Assembly (NCBI GenBank): GCA_964291655.2
Contig: OZ219802.1
Span: 192,001-256,000, forward strand
Length of the DNA: 64,000 nt
Direction: 5' to 3'
DNA from: Chloroflexota bacterium
GTDB lineage: Bacteria > Chloroflexota > UBA11872 > VXOZ01
The position numbers and the translations under genes are program-made. The first letter of the stretch is position 1. Each line of letters opens with the position of its first letter. Under the pieces are notes generated by a model. That model did not search any database. It was not told the origin of the DNA and worked only from the letters and a program-made list of their open reading frames with translations. Shown piece by piece: positions 50,432 to 61,386 of this stretch.

Positions 50432-53400
50432 ATGACGTCAGCTTGGAAAGGCGATGTTTCCGTGAGCACGAGTTCTCCCCTGGAAGACTCTCAACCCTTT
50501 CTGCGCCAATCCGCAGAACCGATAGCAATTGTCGGCATGGCGTGCCGGTTTCCGCAAGCGCCAGATGTGGCGGCATTCTGGGATCTGCTGGCAGCGGGCA
50601 AGACTGCGGTTATTCAAGGCGTGCCGGGGTCCGGTGCAGGACGTGTGGGCCAACTCTTCCCGGACGCTGCGGTACAGAACGAGGCGTGTCTCTTTGGGGC
50701 GTATCTTGACGAAGTCGACCAGTTTGATGCCGAGTTCTTCCGCATTTCGCCAGTCGAGGCCCAACTGCTGGACCCGCAACAGCGGCTCATGCTGGAAACG
50801 AGCTGGCGGGCCCTCGAAGACGCCGGCATCGATCCAGAAAGTCTTAAGGGCAGCCGCACCGGCGTATTCGCGGGCATCAGCAACATGGAATACCGCGACC
50901 TCGTCTTGGACTCCAGCCATACGGCTGAACCCGCGACAAGCCTCTACTCTGTCAGTGGCACCTCCTTCAACACCGCCATCGGCCGCGTTTGCTTTGCGTT
51001 GGGCCTTCAGGGTCCGGCAATTGCTTTGGATACCGCCTGTTCGTCTTCTTTGGTAGCAATCCATCAAGCGGTGGTCGGCTTACAGAGACGCGAAGCGAAC
51101 CTGGCTCTTGCCGGCGGCGTGCACACGATACTGTCCGGCCGATTGCTGGAACTGCGCGGCAACGCCGGCATGTTGGCGCCCGATGGACAATGCAAGACAT
51201 TCGACGCGGCGGCAAACGGGTACGTGCGCGGAGAAGGGTGCGGCCTCATTGTACTCAAGCGACTCAGCGACGCCGAAGCGGACGGCGACCGCATTTGGGC
51301 GGTCATCCGAGGTTCGGCCATCAACCAGGACGGCGCGAGCCAAGGACTGACCGTGCCAAACGGTGAAGCGCAAGAAAGTGTGATTGCCGACGCGTTGCTG
51401 AGCGCCGGAATTTCGCCTACAGAGGTGGATTATGTAGAGACCCACGGCACAGGTACGCCGGTGGGCGATCCCATCGAGGCGCAAGCGACCGGCACCGCCT
51501 ATGGGATCGGGCGCGATCCAGGCCGGCCGTTGCTCATCGGCTCCGTAAAGACTAACGTGGGCCACCTGGAATCCGCGGCAGGCGTGGCCGGTGTCTTGAA
51601 GGTAGTCCTGGCGATGAACCACGGTGTCATACCCAAGCATCGCAACTTCAGCACGCCAAACCCAGAAATCGATTGGGTAAATCTCCCGTTGCACGTAGCC
51701 TCGGAGCCAACGGCCTGGCCGCGCAATGCAGACCGCCTGCCACTCGCCGGCGTGAGCGGATTTGGCTGGTCGGGAACTAACGCCCACGTCATCGTGGAGG
51801 GTTACGCCGAACTCGATGCCGGATCCCAAGGCACAGACATCCAGGCCTGGCCGACAGGCGCTCCCTACCCGATTGCGCCGTCGCTGCCACATGATGTCTC
51901 TGAGCCGACTCGAGGGGAAGATCTCACCCCACGCCAGACACGGCTGCTGCCAGTTTCCGGCAAGACCAAACAAGCGCTCAAGGATGCGGCAGGCCGCTTT
52001 CTCGAGTGGCTCGCAACGCAGTCTAAAGAGCTTGCTTCAAGTGAACCGGCCGTGAACCCGTTGCTATCCGACTTGGCGTGGACTGCGGGCATTGGGCGCA
52101 GCCATTTCTCCCACCGCGCAGCGCTGCCTTTCCGCGATATTGCTTCACTGCGCGAGCAGCTAGGGCAGGTGGTGGACTCGCCGCCGGGTACGGAGAATGC
52201 CACCCCACGCAAGATTGCGTTTATGTACACCGGACAAGGTAGCCAGTGGCTTGGTATGGGAGAGACCCTGTACGACAATGAGCCGGTGTTCCGGGCGGTC
52301 TTGGACCGTTGTGAGGCGGTGTTTCGGGTAGAGCGGTCGGCGTCTTTGCTCGACGTCATGTTCGGAAAACCTGAGGCGGTCGGGGACTTGAATGACACCG
52401 CTTGGGCGCAACCGGCCATCTACGCGCTGGAGTGCGGCTTGACGGCGCTCTGGGCCAGTGTCGGCATCTACCCCAGCGTGGTAATCGGACACAGTCTTGG
52501 CGAATTTGCCGCCGCGCACGCTGCCGGTGTGTTTAGTTTGGAAGCCGGCATGCGCTTTGTGTCCAGGCGTGGCGCATCGCTGGCGACGCTGGCCGATGCA
52601 GGGGCAATGGCGGCCATTTTTGCCACCGAGGCGCAGGTGATTGCCGCGATGGAAGAGGTAAATGCCGCGGCCGACGGCGCTGAGGTTAGCATCGCGGCCT
52701 ATAACGGAGCACACCAGGTTGTCAGCGGCCCGGTGTCTAGCGTTGAAGCAATCGTGGACCGCTTCGAATCGCAAGACGTCCGCGTGCGGCGCTTGAACAC
52801 AAGCCAGGCGTTTCACAGCGCTTTGGTGGAACCCGCTTTGGACGATATCGAAGCCGCCCTGGAAGATATCGAAGTTGCGTCGCCGTCAGTTGATTTGATC
52901 AGCAATGTCAGCGGCCGGTTGGTGGCGCCGGGGGAGTCCCTCGACGGGGCGTACTGGCGTCGGCACATGCGTCGTCCGGTGGCATTCAGGCAAGGTGTTG
53001 CAACGCTCGCCGAATTAGGCGTAGATATGGTGATCGAGCTTGGCCCACACGCCGTGTTAGGACCCATGGCGACAATGGCCTGGCCCGAATCACCGGCAGG
53101 AAAGGTGGACGAGGGCCCGGCAGTTATCGCCAGTTTGCGCCGACCCGACAGAGAGAGTACCACGCGGGAACCTGAGTCCAGCTTTGTAGACGCAGTCGCC
53201 GCGGGCTATACGGCGGGTCTTGAAGTCTCTTGGCAAGGCCTGTTTGCAGGTGAGAGTCGCTGCCGCATTTCGTTGCCGGACTATCCCTTCCAGCGCCGCC
53301 GTCATTGGGTTGATAGGCCGACACGCCGCCGGTCCGGCACAGACCATCCCCTATTGGGTTTACGTCATGAATCGCCACGCGGCGAAATCCATTTCGAGAC

Positions 53401-56400
53401 TGAAATATCGGCCGCCGATCCAGCATGGTTAGACGACCACCTCGTGTTTGGCCGCCACGTCGTGCCGGCAGCGCTCTGCGGAGCCATGGCGGTATCGGCG
53501 GCTTGGCCGGACTGTGAAGGCACTGTAGTCGTTGAGGATTTCCAGCTCCACAATCCAATAGTCTTGCCGGAGCGAGATCAAGAAGAGGATGCTGAGCCGC
53601 AAAGTCGGAAACTCCAGCTCGTGCTCAGCAAGAGCGAAACGCCGTCTGCCCAACGGGTTGAGGTGTTCAGCAAAGGCAGCGAAGAAGATGGCTGGACTCT
53701 ACACGTGGAAGGCCGGGTTGCCACCGGGGCACAACAAACCGGCGGGTCAATCGATGTGGAAGCCTTGAAGCAGGGCCTGGCAGCGGAAGATGTAGCAGCG
53801 TTCTATCGTGCGAGGGCCGACGTCAATGTGAATCTCGGGCCGCAATTTCGCACATTGCAGTGGCTTTGGACCGGAGATGGCGAGGCCGTGGGTGAGATTT
53901 CCCTCTCTCCTGAGATAGAGCAAAGCACCGCAGAAGTGCACCCGATCGCGCTGGATGGCTGCTTTCAGGTAATGGCGGCCGCGCGCCGGCAGTCAGCAAG
54001 TGAAGATGGTGATGCATATCTGCCGTTCGGTTGGGAACGGCTGTGGCTTACGGAGCAGCTACCAAACCGGCTCATCTGCCATGCGCGCATGCGAGAGAGA
54101 AATCGCGAGTCCGAGGCAGAAGGCGTTGCGGAAGCTACACCTGAAGTCATATCGGGTGATCTGCGCCTCTATACGCCGGAGGGGCGAGAGATTGGGGGAT
54201 TGGACGGCTACACCGTCAAGCGCGCCACGCGCGCCGCGCTGCTGTCGGCTACTGAAAACGTAGAAGACCTCCTGTACGAGGTTGTCTGGCGTGACCGACC
54301 CCTGCCGCAAGGAATGCCGTCTGCGGACTTCCTCGCGAGTCCTACGGCTGTCGCCGCCGAATCTAAGACTTTCCCGGAGTATCTGGCGGCTGAGGGCGTT
54401 GAAGCCGACGATAGAGACGCGTTGCTCTCCGACTTGGAACACCTATCGTGGCGTTGCGCGCTCGCGGCCCTGGAAGAACTCGGGTGGGAGCGCGCAGTCG
54501 GCCAAGCGATAGACCCAGAGGCGTTGCGCCAAGAGTTGGGAGTCTTGGACGAGCATTGCAAGCTCTTTCGCCGCATGCTCGAAATGCAGGTACGCGCCAG
54601 CGTCCTGGCGGAGGCCGGAGAGGACTTTGTCGTGCAATTGGGTCCCGACGACCCGTTGCCGGATGAGGTGCCAAGCGATCCTGACGCATTCTCCATCCAG
54701 ATGGAGTCACGCTACGCCCACGGTACCAACGAGGTCGGCCTCTTTCGGCGCAGCGCAGGCGCATTGGCCGACGTGCTGCGCGGCGAGGCAGACCCACTTA
54801 CGCTTCTCTTTAGCAGCGGCGAACCGAGCGCAGCAGACTTGTACCGCAAAGCGCCTGTAGCACGGGCCGCCAACAAGATGCTGAGCGACGCCGTTGCCGC
54901 GCTTCTCAGCGACATGCCGGCAGATCGGCGACTAAGGGTCATAGAAGTCGGCGCCGGTACTGGCTCGGCAACGGCTTCGGTGTTGCCGGAACTCCCGGAA
55001 GGTCGGTTTGACTACGTTTACACTGACATTTCCGCAGGCTTCTTTGCGGAAGCCGAAGCGCGCTTCGGCGGCACTGAGGCCGCTATTGAATACCGGGTCT
55101 TGGACGTTGAGAAAGACCCGATTTCACAGGGGTTTGACCCCCATGGCTATGACCTGGTCGTTGCGTCCAACGTCCTGCACGCTACACGATATCTGCGAGA
55201 GACTCTCGGCCATTGCCGGGAACTGCTGGCGCCGTCCGGCCAGCTAATTGCCCTTGAGAATCTCCGCGGTCAAGGCTGGCTGGACCTGACCTTCGGTCAG
55301 TTGGACGGCTGGTGGCGTTTTGCCGACCACTACCGACCGCACCATGCCCTCGCGAGCCCGGAAGTCTGGAGTCAGGCACTGCACGACGCAGGTTTCGGGG
55401 AAGTGGAAGTCCTTGGTGTGGATCGGACTGAAACCGGCAGGGAACCTGACCGGGGCGTCATCCTGGCGCAGGGGCCTTCCCAGGTCTTGGAGCCTGCAAG
55501 AGCCTGGGTATTGACACCGGATCGCAACGGCTTCGCGGAAAGGCTAGCGGCGGCGTTGGCGGCTCGCAATCAGACCGTAGTGCTGGCAAGCTGCGAGCAG
55601 CAACCGGACGCGCATCAGGCCGAGTTGGATTCCAAGATTATCCGCACGCCTGTCGCACTCTGTGATCGCGAATCTTGGCAAAATCTCTTCATGAGCCTAC
55701 CCAGTGACGTACCGCTGGAGGGCGTAGTTCATCTCGCCGCTTTAGACGGCAGCGGCCCGGAGTCTACGACCGCAGAGCTGGCGGACGACGCACAGCATGC
55801 CACGGCGAGTGCATTGGCATTGGTGCAGGGCATGGGCGATGCAGACGTAACCCCAAGCAAGGGAACATGGTTCATCACACGTGGCGGTCAGGTGCTGGAA
55901 AAGGAGAGTCGCGGAGAACTCTTCGGAGCGGCGCTCTGGGGTTTCGGCAAAGTGGTGGCGCGCGAAGCAGGCGACTTGCAGCCGCGAATGCTCGACGTGG
56001 AACCGGGACGGGTAGTTCCCATCGCCGACCTGGCAAATGAACTGCTGTATCCGGATTCCGAAAATCACGTTGCCTATCGTGGAAGTCTGCGCCAGGCGGC
56101 ACGCCTCGAACGCATCGGCGCCGTGCCCGAGCGCTTGACGCTGCCCGATAACTCAAGTTGGCTGCTGGAACCGGACGCAGGCGGTGCGCTGGAGGGCATC
56201 CATGTTGGGCCGTTCCCTGCCAGGCCTTTGCAGCCGCGGGAAGTGCGCGTAGCCGTCGATGCCACCGGGCTTAATTTCTGGGATGTCTTCCGCTCGCTTG
56301 GGCTCATCGACGAAGGTCTCCTGGGTGGCGAATTCTGCGGCCGGGTGCTTGAGGTCGCAGCCGACGTTACGTCTGTTGCGGTCGGCGACCGCATCGTCGG

Positions 56401-59400
56401 TCTCGCGTTTGGTACGTTTGGGCCTGAGGCGATTACGCGGGAAGAGATGGTTGCGCTGGCTCCGCCGGGCTACACGGCCACAGCACTTGCCACCATGCCA
56501 ACGGTGTTTGTTTCGGCCGCGCTCGCGTATGACATTGCCGCATTGAGGGCTGGCGAGCGTGTGTTGATCCATGCTGGCGCCGGCGGCGTGGGATTGGCAG
56601 CCATCCAATTGGCGCAGGCCTTGGGCGCGGAAGTGCACACAACGGCGAGCGCACCCAAGCAAGCATATCTCCGCTCACTGGGTGTTGAGCACATCTACGA
56701 CAGCCGGCGAACTGACTTCGGCCGGCAAATCCTCGAAGCCACCAACGGCGAAGGTGTTCACGTCATCTTGAATAGCCTGACAAGTGAGGGCTTCATCGAG
56801 TCAAGCTTATCCTGCCTTGCGCAAGGCGGCCGGTTCGTGGAATTGGCGCGCGTGGGCATTTACAGCGAAGAAGAGATGGCCGCGGCACGGCCGGATGTGA
56901 CCTACGACATCCTGGAATTGGATACGCTCAAGGAGCACGATCCGGCGCGCCCGGGAGACGCCTTGCGGCGCACGATGGCACAACTAGACCTGGGTGAGAT
57001 TACCCCGCTCATTCACAGCAGGTGGGCGCTCAATCAAGCCGGGGCCGCCATGGACTTCATGCGTTCTGCTCGTCACATCGGCAAGATCGTCTTTTCAGTC
57101 TCGCCAATAGAAACAGGAACGCTGCGCGACGACCGGACGTATCTCGTAACGGGCGGTCTCGGTGGAATCGGATGCGCTTTGGCCGGTTGGCTGGCTGAAC
57201 GTGGCGCCGGAGCTATTGTGCTGAACGGACGGCGCGACCCTGATCCCGAAGCCGTCGCGGCCATCAACGCACTGCAAGCAAGTGGCGTTAACGTGCACGT
57301 GGAATTGGCCGACGTAACTGACGGCGATGCGGTCAACGCGATGTTAGCGCGCATCGATGCCACGCAGCCGCCGCTCGGAGGCATAATTCACAGCGTTGGC
57401 GTTCTGTCGGACGCAGCCCTCACCAACCAGAGCTGGGAGAGTTTTGAGAACGTGCTGTGGCCTAAGATGCTAGGCGCATGGCACCTGCATCGCGCGACAC
57501 TGGACCGGGATCTTGACCTCTTTGTCCTCTTCTCCAGCGTGACCGGCGTGCTGGGCAACGCGGGCCAGGCGAACCACGGGGCGGCGAACGCGTTCCTGGA
57601 CCAACTTGCCGGCCACCGGCGGGCACGTGGTCTCGCTGGTCAATCGATTGCCTGGGGCGCATGGTCGGGTCTCGGCGAGGCCGAGGAACAGCGAGAGCGC
57701 ATCGCCAGGCAGTTGGAGGCGTCGGGAACGGGCTGGATGACCCCGCAGCAAGGCTTGAAAGCCTTCGAAATGCTCATGCGGCAGGATGTTACAGCAGGCT
57801 TGGTCGCGGCCGTAGACTGGGACGTTCTTTCGCAGAGTCACGAAGACAATCCACCACTGTTCGAGAATGTCGTCACTAAAACATCGGAGGGAGACGAGGA
57901 GTCGGCTGAGGCCCCACAAGACTTGATGTCTCGCCTGCGGAGTGCGACCGCCGCGGAGCGGGAACAGGTGCTCGCTTCATTCCTGCAAGAGGAACTCCAG
58001 GCGGTGATGCGGCTGCCAACGGAACCCGCCTTGTCGGTTGAGTTTGCCGACCTCGGAATGGATTCGCTCATGGCTGTAGAGATGCGCAACCGCGTCAACC
58101 GCGGCTTTGCCGGAGAGTATGTGGCATCGAACACGGTAGTCTTCGACTATCCCAGCATCGCAGGCCTCGCCCGCCATTTGGCAACTGAGCTTGGGGATGG
58201 CGAGGAGTCTCCAGCGGCCGAATCCCTGCCCGCCCCAGAGCCGCCATCAATCGACGTCGCCGAGGATAGCATTGCCATTGTCGGCATGGCCTGCCGGATA
58301 CCGGGTGCTGAAGACCCTGAAGGCTTCTGGAGTCTCTTAGAAACAGGCCAGAACATGGTAACCGACGGACGTCAAGACGCTGGCTCTTGGAGTGGCATAG
58401 CCGGGGATCCCGCGGCTGACAGTGCTGCCTATCGGCACGGGGCATATCTGCAGGGGATAGACGAGTTTGATTCTCGTTTCTTCAAGATTGCCCCGATTGA
58501 AGCACAGATGATGGATCCGCAACAGCGGCTTCTGTTGGAAACTTCCTGGCAGGCTTTCGAAGATGCCGGCATAGATCCCGAAAGTCTGCGGGGGAGTCGC
58601 ACCGGGGTCTATGCCGGCATTGGCGGCAGCGAGTACCGCAGAGTAATCATGGAGAGCGGTAGGGACGACGACTATCTGGGAACTGCCGGTGGCGTGGCGG
58701 TGGGTCGGGTCGCCTTTACATTGGGGCTTGAGGGCCCGGCCGTACCGATAGAACTGGCCTGTGCCGCTTCCTTGGTTGCGGTTCACCAGGCCGTAGCCAG
58801 TTTACAGCGCGGCGAAATCGATATGGCGCTGGCCGGAGGGGTCAATGCGGTCCTTTCCCAGTCCGTTATGCGATTTCTCGCGGATGCGGGGATGCTCTCG
58901 CTAAGCGGCCAGTGCTGGACGTTTGATGCCGCCGCAGATGGATATGTGCGCGGCGAAGGGTGCGGCTTGGTGGTGTTGAAGCGCCTGAGCGAAGCCGAGG
59001 CAGACGGTGATCGCATCTGGGCCGTGATCCGCGGCACTGCCGTCAACCAGAACGGCGCCGGTTTGGGCCTGACACTGCCGAACGGTCCCGCCCAGGAACG
59101 CGCCATGAGAGAAGCACTGTCGCAGGCAGACGTCGCGCCCGCCGAGATCGACTACGTCGAGGCACATGGCCCGGGTACTGCCGTCGGCGATGCGGTGGAA
59201 CTGAACGCTGTGGCTAACGTCTACGGTCGAGATCGCGATGCCAAGAACCCACTGCTCATTGGCTCTGTCAAGACGAATATCGGCCACCTGGAAGCGGCTG
59301 GGGGAGTCGCAAGCCTCATGAAGACGGTGCTTGCAATGCAGCAAGGCGCCATTCCTCAACATCTCAACTTCCGAAACCCAAATCCCGATATCGATTGGGA

Positions 59401-60856
59401 TCGCTTGCCGGTGCGCGTGACATCAGAAGCGGTCGCATGGCCGTCCGCTACCAATCGACCGCCTTTTGCGAGTGTGAATGTCTTTAGCATCTCAGGCGCG
59501 AACGCGCATGTCGTTGTCGAAGGCTGCCCCGCGCACGATGAAGAGGAGAGCAGCGGGAACGGCAGCCGGTGGCCGGCGGGCGCCGCGCGCCTCGTAGAGG
59601 TTGCGCTGCCCGATGGTGCGGACTTCGCCGAAACGTCAGATATGAACCTAGCACAACGCACCACGCGTCTGCTGCCTCTCTCCGGCAAGACCCACCAAGC
59701 ACGGCGCCAGCTAGCGGAACGCTACTTAGCCTGGCTCGATGATACGCACGCAGACTCTGACTCCACAGATGCCTTAGAAGACTCCGTGCTTGCGGATATG
59801 GCGTGCACGGCCGGCGTGGGGCGCAGTCACTTCTCCCACCGCGCGGGATTGGCCTTCCAAACGTATGCGGAACTGCGAGAGAAGCTGCAGGGGCTCGCTG
59901 CAGTACGTGAGGATTCCGACGAACCTGAACCGCTACCGGTCGCGAATACTGCCTTTGCCTTTGGTGGCTCGGTACACGGGGTGGCCGCCATGAGCAAGTC
60001 CCTTTACAAGCGAGAACCCGTCGCCCGCGCAGTGCTGGACCGCTGCGATGCTATTCTCCGCGAGGAACGAGCATCCTCCATTTTGGACGTGTTGTTCGGT
60101 AAGAACGGTGATTCGGCTAGCGCCAACCACGATCCGGCTTGGTATCAGCCGGCAGTTTACGCTTTGGAGTGTGCGCTTACGGCGCTCTGGGCGAGTGTCG
60201 GCATTCGGCCGAGTGTTGTAACGGGGTGCGGTGTGGGCGAACTCGCGTCGGCACAAGCCGCGGGAGCGCTCAGTCTTGAGGACGGCTTGCGCATCGCTGC
60301 CGAGTGGGGTGCGCAAATGGCGGGTGACTCTCTCAACGCATCACAGCCAGATGTTTCACCTGGGCTGGGAGAGGCAATCGCGGCAGTAGCAAACGCACCC
60401 TCAATCACCATGGTGAGCGGCGCAACGGGACGGGTGGTAAACCCCGGTAACCGGCCTGAAGCGGCGTATTGGAACGAAAGCGCCGGCTCGCCTGCAGCAG
60501 CGGGCTGCGTCGAGGCTCTGGCTGAGTTGGCTGTCGACCTGCTCGTGTCAATCGAATTAGGCGCAGAGGGAGATTCCCGGGTCGCTGAGCGGTGGCGGAG
60601 CCCGGCAGGAACAGTGACGTCCGACCGAAAGCTTGTCTACATTGAGTCATTGGCGCGCGCTGACAGTGAAGGATTGTCGCCGGCGCCTGACTGCCAATTC
60701 ACCAGGGCCGTTGCGGACGCGTACGAAGCAGGACTCCAGGTCTCCTTTGCGGGACTGTTTGCCGGAGAGATGCGCAGACGCATCTCTCTGCCAAGCTATC
60801 CTTTCCAACGCCGCCGACATTGGGTAAATGCGCGCAATTCGGTAACGTCCAGCTAA
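50432..60856 (+). CDS. supA: Type I PKS/FAS of the sponge-symbiont sup type: KS-AT-DH-cMT-ER-KR-ACP-KS-AT0
   Basis: KS DTACSSS/HGTGT/GHLE; AT GHSLG..QAFHS; DH HLVFG..VP; MT EVGAGTG; ER HAGAGGVG; KR TGGLGGIG; ACP GMDSL; KS2 ELACAAS; AT2 GCGVG; no TE. Confidence 0.88.
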   Translation: MTSAWKGDVSVSTSSPLEDSQPFLRQSAEPIAIVGMACRFPQAPDVAAFWDLLAAGKTAVIQGVPGSGAGRVGQLFPDAAVQNEACLFGAYLDEVDQFDAEFFRISPVEAQLLDPQQRLMLETSWRALEDAGIDPESLKGSRTGVFAGISNMEYRDLVLDSSHTAEPATSLYSVSGTSFNTAIGRVCFALGLQGPAIALDTACSSSLVAIHQAVVGLQRREANLALAGGVHTILSGRLLELRGNAGMLAPDGQCKTFDAAANGYVRGEGCGLIVLKRLSDAEADGDRIWAVIRGSAINQDGASQGLTVPNGEAQESVIADALLSAGISPTEVDYVETHGTGTPVGDPIEAQATGTAYGIGRDPGRPLLIGSVKTNVGHLESAAGVAGVLKVVLAMNHGVIPKHRNFSTPNPEIDWVNLPLHVASEPTAWPRNADRLPLAGVSGFGWSGTNAHVIVEGYAELDAGSQGTDIQAWPTGAPYPIAPSLPHDVSEPTRGEDLTPRQTRLLPVSGKTKQALKDAAGRFLEWLATQSKELASSEPAVNPLLSDLAWTAGIGRSHFSHRAALPFRDIASLREQLGQVVDSPPGTENATPRKIAFMYTGQGSQWLGMGETLYDNEPVFRAVLDRCEAVFRVERSASLLDVMFGKPEAVGDLNDTAWAQPAIYALECGLTALWASVGIYPSVVIGHSLGEFAAAHAAGVFSLEAGMRFVSRRGASLATLADAGAMAAIFATEAQVIAAMEEVNAAADGAEVSIAAYNGAHQVVSGPVSSVEAIVDRFESQDVRVRRLNTSQAFHSALVEPALDDIEAALEDIEVASPSVDLISNVSGRLVAPGESLDGAYWRRHMRRPVAFRQGVATLAELGVDMVIELGPHAVLGPMATMAWPESPAGKVDEGPAVIASLRRPDRESTTREPESSFVDAVAAGYTAGLEVSWQGLFAGESRCRISLPDYPFQRRRHWVDRPTRRRSGTDHPLLGLRHESPRGEIHFETEISAADPAWLDDHLVFGRHVVPAALCGAMAVSAAWPDCEGTVVVEDFQLHNPIVLPERDQEEDAEPQSRKLQLVLSKSETPSAQRVEVFSKGSEEDGWTLHVEGRVATGAQQTGGSIDVEALKQGLAAEDVAAFYRARADVNVNLGPQFRTLQWLWTGDGEAVGEISLSPEIEQSTAEVHPIALDGCFQVMAAARRQSASEDGDAYLPFGWERLWLTEQLPNRLICHARMRERNRESEAEGVAEATPEVISGDLRLYTPEGREIGGLDGYTVKRATRAALLSATENVEDLLYEVVWRDRPLPQGMPSADFLASPTAVAAESKTFPEYLAAEGVEADDRDALLSDLEHLSWRCALAALEELGWERAVGQAIDPEALRQELGVLDEHCKLFRRMLEMQVRASVLAEAGEDFVVQLGPDDPLPDEVPSDPDAFSIQMESRYAHGTNEVGLFRRSAGALADVLRGEADPLTLLFSSGEPSAADLYRKAPVARAANKMLSDAVAALLSDMPADRRLRVIEVGAGTGSATASVLPELPEGRFDYVYTDISAGFFAEAEARFGGTEAAIEYRVLDVEKDPISQGFDPHGYDLVVASNVLHATRYLRETLGHCRELLAPSGQLIALENLRGQGWLDLTFGQLDGWWRFADHYRPHHALASPEVWSQALHDAGFGEVEVLGVDRTETGREPDRGVILAQGPSQVLEPARAWVLTPDRNGFAERLAAALAARNQTVVLASCEQQPDAHQAELDSKIIRTPVALCDRESWQNLFMSLPSDVPLEGVVHLAALDGSGPESTTAELADDAQHATASALALVQGMGDADVTPSKGTWFITRGGQVLEKESRGELFGAALWGFGKVVAREAGDLQPRMLDVEPGRVVPIADLANELLYPDSENHVAYRGSLRQAARLERIGAVPERLTLPDNSSWLLEPDAGGALEGIHVGPFPARPLQPREVRVAVDATGLNFWDVFRSLGLIDEGLLGGEFCGRVLEVAADVTSVAVGDRIVGLAFGTFGPEAITREEMVALAPPGYTATALATMPTVFVSAALAYDIAALRAGERVLIHAGAGGVGLAAIQLAQALGAEVHTTASAPKQAYLRSLGVEHIYDSRRTDFGRQILEATNGEGVHVILNSLTSEGFIESSLSCLAQGGRFVELARVGIYSEEEMAAARPDVTYDILELDTLKEHDPARPGDALRRTMAQLDLGEITPLIHSRWALNQAGAAMDFMRSARHIGKIVFSVSPIETGTLRDDRTYLVTGGLGGIGCALAGWLAERGAGAIVLNGRRDPDPEAVAAINALQASGVNVHVELADVTDGDAVNAMLARIDATQPPLGGIIHSVGVLSDAALTNQSWESFENVLWPKMLGAWHLHRATLDRDLDLFVLFSSVTGVLGNAGQANHGAANAFLDQLAGHRRARGLAGQSIAWGAWSGLGEAEEQRERIARQLEASGTGWMTPQQGLKAFEMLMRQDVTAGLVAAVDWDVLSQSHEDNPPLFENVVTKTSEGDEESAEAPQDLMSRLRSATAAEREQVLASFLQEELQAVMRLPTEPALSVEFADLGMDSLMAVEMRNRVNRGFAGEYVASNTVVFDYPSIAGLARHLATELGDGEESPAAESLPAPEPPSIDVAEDSIAIVGMACRIPGAEDPEGFWSLLETGQNMVTDGRQDAGSWSGIAGDPAADSAAYRHGAYLQGIDEFDSRFFKIAPIEAQMMDPQQRLLLETSWQAFEDAGIDPESLRGSRTGVYAGIGGSEYRRVIMESGRDDDYLGTAGGVAVGRVAFTLGLEGPAVPIELACAASLVAVHQAVASLQRGEIDMALAGGVNAVLSQSVMRFLADAGMLSLSGQCWTFDAAADGYVRGEGCGLVVLKRLSEAEADGDRIWAVIRGTAVNQNGAGLGLTLPNGPAQERAMREALSQADVAPAEIDYVEAHGPGTAVGDAVELNAVANVYGRDRDAKNPLLIGSVKTNIGHLEAAGGVASLMKTVLAMQQGAIPQHLNFRNPNPDIDWDRLPVRVTSEAVAWPSATNRPPFASVNVFSISGANAHVVVEGCPAHDEEESSGNGSRWPAGAARLVEVALPDGADFAETSDMNLAQRTTRLLPLSGKTHQARRQLAERYLAWLDDTHADSDSTDALEDSVLADMACTAGVGRSHFSHRAGLAFQTYAELREKLQGLAAVREDSDEPEPLPVANTAFAFGGSVHGVAAMSKSLYKREPVARAVLDRCDAILREERASSILDVLFGKNGDSASANHDPAWYQPAVYALECALTALWASVGIRPSVVTGCGVGELASAQAAGALSLEDGLRIAAEWGAQMAGDSLNASQPDVSPGLGEAIAAVANAPSITMVSGATGRVVNPGNRPEAAYWNESAGSPAAAGCVEALAELAVDLLVSIELGAEGDSRVAERWRSPAGTVTSDRKLVYIESLARADSEGLSPAPDCQFTRAVADAYEAGLQVSFAGLFAGEMRRRISLPSYPFQRRRHWVNARNSVTSS

Positions 60857-60932
60857 GTCCAGGGCAAGTAAGGAGTGTGCATGCCACACAATTGGGTGCA
60901 AACGCAGAGTCAGCCCACGTGGGGCTCTCTCA

Positions 60933-60961
60933 TTGACTAAGTGGTCGTCACTTGCTATGGT
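60933..60961 (+). promoter_or_regulatory. Internal promoter upstream of the free ACP gene
   Basis: TTGACT-17 nt-TATGGT with a TG extension. Confidence 0.5.
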
Positions 60962-61006
60962 TGCAGCAGAGTTTAACATGGGATTTCTTGTGGGAGGATT
61001 GTTCAT

Positions 61007-61252
61007 ATGGCAGCGACCGCAGAGCGCATGAAGCAGCTTGTTGCGTCGAACCTAGAGGTGGATGGCAAGCCGTTGGGTCCTGACTTCGACCTCGGCGCCA
61101 GTCTCGCCGATGCCGGTGTTTCATCCATGGACATCGTTGCATTTGCGAAGGTAGTCGCCCAGGAGTTCAATGTAGAGATCACGCGCGAGAATTGCCCAAC
61201 GCTCAACAACCTTCAAGAGTTGGTCGACGCCATTGATGCCCGCGAGGGGTAG
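61007..61252 (+). CDS. supB: Free-standing acyl carrier protein
   Basis: GGGAGG RBS; LADAGVSSMD phosphopantetheine site; 81 aa, acidic; follows supA. Confidence 0.85.
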   Translation: MAATAERMKQLVASNLEVDGKPLGPDFDLGASLADAGVSSMDIVAFAKVVAQEFNVEITRENCPTLNNLQELVDAIDAREG

Positions 61253-61310
61253 GTCGCGTCCCAATTGCCGGCAATGTAGATTCTGGGCAGTTCTTGATAT
61301 TTGTGACAAA

Positions 61311-61334
61311 TCGCCGCTCCTGCAGGAGCGGCGA
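61311..61334. terminator. Perfect 24-bp palindrome between the ACP and PPTase genes
   Basis: tcgccgctcc-tgca-ggagcggcga. Confidence 0.55.
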
Positions 61335-61386
61335 AATTCTTAGCTGGGCTAGTTAGTCCGTGATGTGTCGGCTCAATGAGCGTGCG

